Source: an uncultured Fibrobacterota bacterium
Lineage (GTDB): Bacteria; Fibrobacterota; Chitinivibrionia; Chitinivibrionales; FEN-1185
Assembly (NCBI GenBank): GCA_963729895.1
Contig: CAVSQB010000038.1
Coordinates: 1-12,453 of the forward strand
Direction: 5' to 3'
DNA: 12,453 bases
Shown in pieces: positions 8,340-12,453 of this stretch (positions are counted from its first letter, which is position 1; every line of letters begins with the position of its first letter). The notes beneath the pieces are model-generated. The model was not told the DNA's origin. It made no database searches and saw only the letters and a program-made list of their open reading frames with translations. The position numbers and the translations under genes are program-made.

Positions 8340-8477
8340 GGGCGTTCCCCTCGCCACGCTCGGGTCGGCCCTCCCTCCGGGCTCGGCTTTTTAGCCTCGG
8401 TGCCGGATCGCCCCTATGCCTTCGGCGGGGCCGACCGGCACTGTGCTTCTGCACACCTTACGGTCGTGCCTAACGCA
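8340..8477 (+). ncRNA. Structured RNA/repeat element resembling the Flavo-1 motif (extended variant)
   Basis: Begins GGGCGTTCCCC..CGGGTCGG and ends CCTAACGCA. GCGTT (8342-8346)/AACGC (8472-8476) closes the element. Internal stems: GGCT-TTTT-AGCC (8385-8396), GTGCCGG..CCCC..GCC-TTC-GGC-GGGG..CCGGCAC (8400-8441), TGTGC-TTCT-GCACA (8442-8455). The Flavo-1 resemblance is from memory of its termini. Confidence 0.5.
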
Positions 8478-8736
8478 AGAAACAAGAACACAAAGGTATT
8501 TTAGGTTTTCCCATCAGTGACGTAGCTGCGGCCGGAAGACCAGGGGCACTGTATTTGGTTTTGGATTTTGTTAGCCGGGTGTTCGTACGGTGCGCGCAAC
8601 TGAGGGTACGGGCTTGCACCGGGTACATCCACGCCGCACCGGCTCAGCAAACCATAATACTAATTTGAAATTGCCGCACACGCTCAGCAATCCGGAGGAA
8701 CTTGATTTTAGATATTCATCCCCAAGAATCGTCTTC

Positions 8737-9771
8737 CTAATTCCCTATCCTGATCTGCTCCCATACTTTGTTGTACATATCGAGCGCCGGCCCCAGGTCC
8801 TCCTTGAGTTCGCAACGGGACAAGTCTTTCAACTCGTAGTTCGGCTTCCTGGTACGGTATTTCTGGGCGGCTGCATTGATACTGGGGTATCCGAGATAGT
8901 CGACGATGCGGGCGAACACCATGGGGTCGTGGATGTAATTGATAAAGGCATGAGCGAGATCCTTGTGCCTGGCGTCTTTGAGGATCACCATGTTGTCCAT
9001 ATACAGGGGGCCGCCCTCGCGCGGGATGAAGAATTCCACTTCCGACATCCTGGTCGAATCGTATTCGCGGAATACGTTCTCCGCATAGGCATGCACCGCC
9101 CAGAATTCCCCGGATGCAAAGCCCTTGGCAAACGACTCGGCGTCGAATTTGACGATATTCTTCTTCCACTGCATCACGAGGTCCTTTGCCCGGTGCAACT
9201 GGCCCGAGTCCTTTGAATTCACGGAATACCCGAGGACCTTGAGCGCCGCACCCAGCACCTCGCGCATGTCGTCGAGCATGGTCATCCGGTTTGCAAGGTC
9301 GGATCGTGAAAACAGCATCCATGATTTCTCGTAGGATGCAACCTTGGTTTTATTGACGGCAATGCCGCTCGCGCCCATCATATAGGGAACGCTGTACGCG
9401 TTGCCCGGGTCAAAGTTCACCCGCGCAAGAACGGCAGGGGCGATGTTCGCGAAATTCGGCAGCTTTGCCTTGTCGAGCGGCGCCAGCATGTGTTCGTGGA
9501 TCATGATCGCCACGTAGTCTTCGGAAGGGAACACGATGTCGTACCCACTGGCGCCGGACCTGAGCTTGGTGAACATGTCTTCGTTCGACGCGTACATGTC
9601 GTATATGATTTCCGCGTTATACTTCTTTTCGAAATCGCGGAGGACATCATCGGGCATGTAATAGGTCCAGTTGTAGATGTAAAGCTTTTGTTTTCCGCCG
9701 GACGAGCATGCGGACACGAGCACAAGCGTAATTGCAGGCAAGACACAAAGCGTGCGGATGATCGTTCTCAT
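8737..9771 (-). CDS. potD: Spermidine/putrescine-binding lipoprotein (PotD/PotF family substrate-binding protein)
   Basis: Signal peptide with lipobox VSA-C; motifs LYIYNWTYY, YASNEDMFTKL, YDIVFPSEDY, FDPGNAYSVPYMMG, MLDDMREV, IPREGGPLYMDN, AHAFINY and LGYPS. Start ATG 9771 (MRTIIRTL). Confidence 0.92.
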   Translation of the reverse strand: MRTIIRTLCVLPAITLVLVSACSSGGKQKLYIYNWTYYMPDDVLRDFEKKYNAEIIYDMYASNEDMFTKLRSGASGYDIVFPSEDYVAIMIHEHMLAPLDKAKLPNFANIAPAVLARVNFDPGNAYSVPYMMGASGIAVNKTKVASYEKSWMLFSRSDLANRMTMLDDMREVLGAALKVLGYSVNSKDSGQLHRAKDLVMQWKKNIVKFDAESFAKGFASGEFWAVHAYAENVFREYDSTRMSEVEFFIPREGGPLYMDNMVILKDARHKDLAHAFINYIHDPMVFARIVDYLGYPSINAAAQKYRTRKPNYELKDLSRCELKEDLGPALDMYNKVWEQIRIGN

Positions 9772-9821
9772 GCGAAGGGCCCCTTGCAAAGTGCGGCGGT
9801 CATACAACCATCGCGCGGGCG

Positions 9822-9852
9822 TTCCCCGTTCCCGCAAAGCGGGAACGGGGAA
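9822..9852. repeat. Perfect 14-bp hairpin between the DGC and potD genes
   Basis: TTCCCCGTTCCCGC-AAA-GCGGGAACGGGGAA. No U-tract follows it on either strand. Confidence 0.85.
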
Positions 9853-9930
9853 AAGAAGGAGCGGGCGCAGTGCCGGGATGGCGTCGTGCGGGGAGGAACG
9901 CAGGAGGATTTATCAATCGCAGCCGCCGCA

Positions 9931-11124
9931 TCACTCGGCCCCAGTGTTTCTGTTTCTTTTTTGTTCGTACATGATTTCGTCGGCCTTCTGTATGACCTCA
10001 TTGATTGAATAGGCGCCGGCGGCATCACAGAGGGCCGCGCCGACGCTCATTGATAAGAGGTAGTTCCTCTTCCTGTGCTTATTGTGAAGAACAAAATTGG
10101 TTTGCAGGCGGTCGACAGACACGGTTGCGTTGCCCCCGATGCCGTCCACTTGAAGGATCGCAAATTCATCTCCTCCGATGCGGGCGATAATATCGGATTC
10201 CCGGAAACTTTTCCGGAGAATCTCGGCTGTTTCGATGATAGCCGCATCACCTTCCGCGTGGCCGGAGGCATCATTGATCTGCTTGAGATTATTCATGTCT
10301 CCGACAAGAAGGAGCATGTTGTGTTTTTGCCGCTTTGCAATTTTGACCTGCTGCTCCGCCAAGGTAAAAAATCCTCGCCGGTTCAACAGACCGGTAAGCT
10401 CGTCCTTGAGCGACAGGCCGCGAAGCCGCTCCAGCGTTTCCTGGGCAAACAGGTTCAAGATAGAGATGATGTTGTATGAGATCACGACGGCGCACACAGT
10501 TCGGCAAATTTGAACCGGAATTCCCGTCGTTTTTGCAAAGAACGTGTCGTTGATGAAGGACGCGGGGAAAAATCCGGAGTCCGGCACGACAAGTCCGGAA
10601 AAGATTCCGTAGAGCAAAAACATGCTTGCCGCAATCGCAGTATTCCTGTACACATACGCACTCACGCGCCTCATGCGGGGCAACTGCTTGAGCAAAGCGT
10701 ACCCCGTCAATGCCGTTCCGGGCACGCCCAACAAATACCGCGCCCACACATTTCCCATTAAGAAATGTCGCCCGGCTGCGGCAGTCAGGACGATCCAGAG
10801 GATGAGAAGCGCCGCGGGCGCCGCATGAACCGCAAGAACCGGGGCATCTTCTCTCAGGATACTTTTCATGCCGAAGGCGACAAGAAAATAAAACGATGCG
10901 GGCAGCAGGAAAAGGCCCAGGTACTTGAGGGCCGCGGCGCCGGAGGAATTCTGCATGAGGCCGAACATCTCCGCCCATTCATGCAGTCCGTGGAGTATTC
11001 CGAATAAAGCAATAAGTACTATTGTCTTTGCAATCAGGAATTCGCTTCCCTTTCTTGGAAAACAAATGACGGAAATGCCCAGGGTAAAAAAAGACAACCC
11101 GTATAAGAAGTATATGTATGTCAT
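9931..11124 (-). CDS. Membrane-bound diguanylate cyclase (multi-TM N-terminus + GGDEF)
   Basis: About 7 hydrophobic segments, then SLKDELTGLLNRRGF, DMNNLKQIND..GHAEGD, RxxD I-site (RESD), IARIGGDEFAIL, MSVG and ADEIMYEQK. Confidence 0.95.
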   Translation of the reverse strand: MTYIYFLYGLSFFTLGISVICFPRKGSEFLIAKTIVLIALFGILHGLHEWAEMFGLMQNSSGAAALKYLGLFLLPASFYFLVAFGMKSILREDAPVLAVHAAPAALLILWIVLTAAAGRHFLMGNVWARYLLGVPGTALTGYALLKQLPRMRRVSAYVYRNTAIAASMFLLYGIFSGLVVPDSGFFPASFINDTFFAKTTGIPVQICRTVCAVVISYNIISILNLFAQETLERLRGLSLKDELTGLLNRRGFFTLAEQQVKIAKRQKHNMLLLVGDMNNLKQINDASGHAEGDAAIIETAEILRKSFRESDIIARIGGDEFAILQVDGIGGNATVSVDRLQTNFVLHNKHRKRNYLLSMSVGAALCDAAGAYSINEVIQKADEIMYEQKRNRNTGAE

Positions 11125-11213
11125 TATTGTTTCCGGACCAGCCCATACTCCGCTTTGCAGGCGGCATTCGCTTTGCGGTTTCGGTCACCCGATGAAGGCC
11201 GGATTCACTTGAG

Positions 11214-11242
11214 AAAATACGGTGTAGCGGATTCTTTGTCAA
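11214..11242 (-). promoter_or_regulatory. Candidate sigma70 promoter for the DGC (and possibly potD)
   Basis: Minus strand reads TTGACA-17 nt-TATTTT. Confidence 0.6.
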
Positions 11243-11265
11243 CTGGGGCGCCGGTTCCGCGGTCG

Positions 11266-11295
11266 TTGACACGGAAGCGGACGGTACGGTATATT
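11266..11295 (+). promoter_or_regulatory. Candidate sigma70 promoter for the FISUMP gene
   Basis: TTGACA (11266-11271)-18 nt-TATATT (11290-11295). Confidence 0.6.
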
Positions 11296-11378
11296 TCCAC
11301 GTGGGTAACAGTTCGCTGCTGCTCGCAGTCAAACCAGCACGGTCACAAACGTCACCTCATGTTCCAAAAGGCAGGATT

Positions 11379-12083
11379 ATGTCACCATTCCGTCCCGCGT
11401 CAAAACTTTCAGTTGCTGTTGCGATTTGTCTTTTGTCTTTTTGGGGTTGTACCAAAAATCCGGAAGCGCCGCAGCCGGTGAGCGGCACCTTCAGCGACAC
11501 CGACGGTAACGTGTATCACGCAGTTGCCATAGGAACGCAGGTCTGGATGGTGGAGAACCTGAAAACAACTCGATTTAACGACGGTACCGCCATACCCCTG
11601 GTAACCGACTCCGTTGCTTGGTCTGCTCTTGCAACGCCGGGGTATTGCTGGTACGGCAACGATTCCGCCTCTAATAAGGAAGTTTACGGCGCACTTTATA
11701 ACTGGTTTGCCGTGAACTCCGGTAAACTTGCGCCTGCAGGCTGGCACATACCCACAGATTCCGAATGGACAGTGCTCACCAACTACGTGGGCGGAGCGAG
11801 TGTAGCAGGCGGACCTTTGAAAGAAATGGGTACGACGCATTGGGCTTTTCCTAATTCCGGCGCCACAAATGCTTCCGGATTTACAGCGCTTCCCGGGGGT
11901 TATCGCTACACCAATGGCGCATTTTTCTACCTTGGACATAACGGGTACTGGTGGTCGTCAACCTCGTACGATACGGCGGATTCGTGGTACCGTGGCATGA
12001 GCTATTACGGCGCGTCTAATGTCGGCCGCGAGAACTATAATAATCTGTACGGTTTAAGCGTGCGATGCGTCCGGAATCCGTGA
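11379..12083 (+). CDS. Fibrobacter succinogenes major paralogous (FISUMP) domain lipoprotein
   Basis: DTDGNVYHAVAIGTQVWMVENLKT, YGALYNWFAV, LAPAGWHIPTDSEW, NASGFTALPGGYR, YWWSST and C-terminal GLSVRCVRN. Signal peptide ends FWG-C. ATG 11379 is preceded by AAGGCAGGA. Confidence 0.93.
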   Translation: MSPFRPASKLSVAVAICLLSFWGCTKNPEAPQPVSGTFSDTDGNVYHAVAIGTQVWMVENLKTTRFNDGTAIPLVTDSVAWSALATPGYCWYGNDSASNKEVYGALYNWFAVNSGKLAPAGWHIPTDSEWTVLTNYVGGASVAGGPLKEMGTTHWAFPNSGATNASGFTALPGGYRYTNGAFFYLGHNGYWWSSTSYDTADSWYRGMSYYGASNVGRENYNNLYGLSVRCVRNP

Positions 12084-12157
12084 GGACAAGAAAACCCCGC
12101 CCTCTGTCACTGCTTAGGTTCGACGCCATTCCCGTGGGAATGCGCGGGCTGTGTTAT

Positions 12158-12453
12158 TCAATTGAATTGGATTGAATTCTCAATACTATTGAAGTCCGGC
12201 AGCGAATTTGCATAATTACTATTCAGATCTGTAAATGTCAGGATAATATCGTTGTTGTTATTGATCATGTACACCTGTTTTCCGGTTAGAGAGTAACCAT
12301 TCATGGTGACATCGTAAACACATTCTCCGACCGTATGGTTACTTATTACCACCGTTTGCGTTGAAACTATGGTTGCTCCCGGAAAGGTCCGGACAATTAT
12401 TGCTGCTGCGGAATCCACTATTGCATTCATATCCGACGTACCGGATTGAGGTG
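12158..12453 (-). CDS. Hypothetical protein, C-terminal part only (PsbP/DcrB-like fold suspected)
   Basis: The frame stays open to the right edge (..PQSGTSD-MNAIVDS..). The ending QVYMINNNNDIILTFT..PDFNSIENSIQF matches the typical PsbP/DcrB-like C-terminal pattern. Clearly AT-richer than the rest of the window. Confidence 0.65.
   Translation of the reverse strand, partial: PQSGTSDMNAIVDSAAAIIVRTFPGATIVSTQTVVISNHTVGECVYDVTMNGYSLTGKQVYMINNNNDIILTFTDLNSNYANSLPDFNSIENSIQFN

Noticed and set aside
7897..8504. ORFs in the PP2C-potD intergenic region (7897-8454 -, 8258-8473 +, 8265-8504 +)
   Set aside because: They overlap a real gene or run through hairpin and repeat DNA, and show no protein-like features.
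8468..8576. attC-like pair GCCTAAC ... GTTAGCC, 109 nt overall
   Set aside because: No well-paired L boxes or central stem, no ORF ending at the R'' site and no integrase. GCCTAAC is better explained as the end of the Flavo-1-like element.
9817..9827. GGGCGTTCCCC 11-mer shared with 8340-8350
   Set aside because: Similarity does not extend further; insufficient to call a second copy of the element.
9822..9858. Rho-independent terminator call for the 14-bp hairpin
   Set aside because: The A/T run is on the wrong side for termination on either strand.
9860..9876. Sigma54-like GG-N10-GC (CCGGCACTGCGCCCGCT, minus strand) upstream of potD
   Set aside because: Lacks the TGG and TTGC consensus context; likely chance in GC-rich DNA.

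Overview
A 12.5-kb, mostly GC-rich bacterial window dense in signalling genes. The FISUMP-domain lipoprotein suggests an FCB-group organism such as Fibrobacterota (inference). In order it holds: (1) a minus-strand sigma54 enhancer-binding protein with three PAS domains that runs off the left edge and is absent from the ORF track; (2) a divergent radical SAM/SPASM-twitch enzyme, preceded by a possible 26-aa coupled micro-ORF; (3) a ~631-aa protein resembling D-apionate lactonases; (4) a divergent three-gene operon of a membrane histidine kinase, an Rcp1-type receiver and a receiver-PP2C phosphatase; (5) a 550-bp structured intergenic region with a 25-bp direct repeat, hairpins and a Flavo-1-like RNA/repeat; (6) an orphan potD-like lipoprotein downstream of a membrane diguanylate cyclase, separated from it by a palindromic spacer; (7) a FISUMP lipoprotein; (8) a partial, AT-richer PsbP/DcrB-like gene at the right edge. 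No tRNA, rRNA, CRISPR array, integrase or transposase was seen. The best leads are the DGC plus orphan PotD pair, the micro-ORF plus radical SAM pair and the structured intergenic RNA. All three are hypotheses, and family assignments come from motif recognition without database searches.
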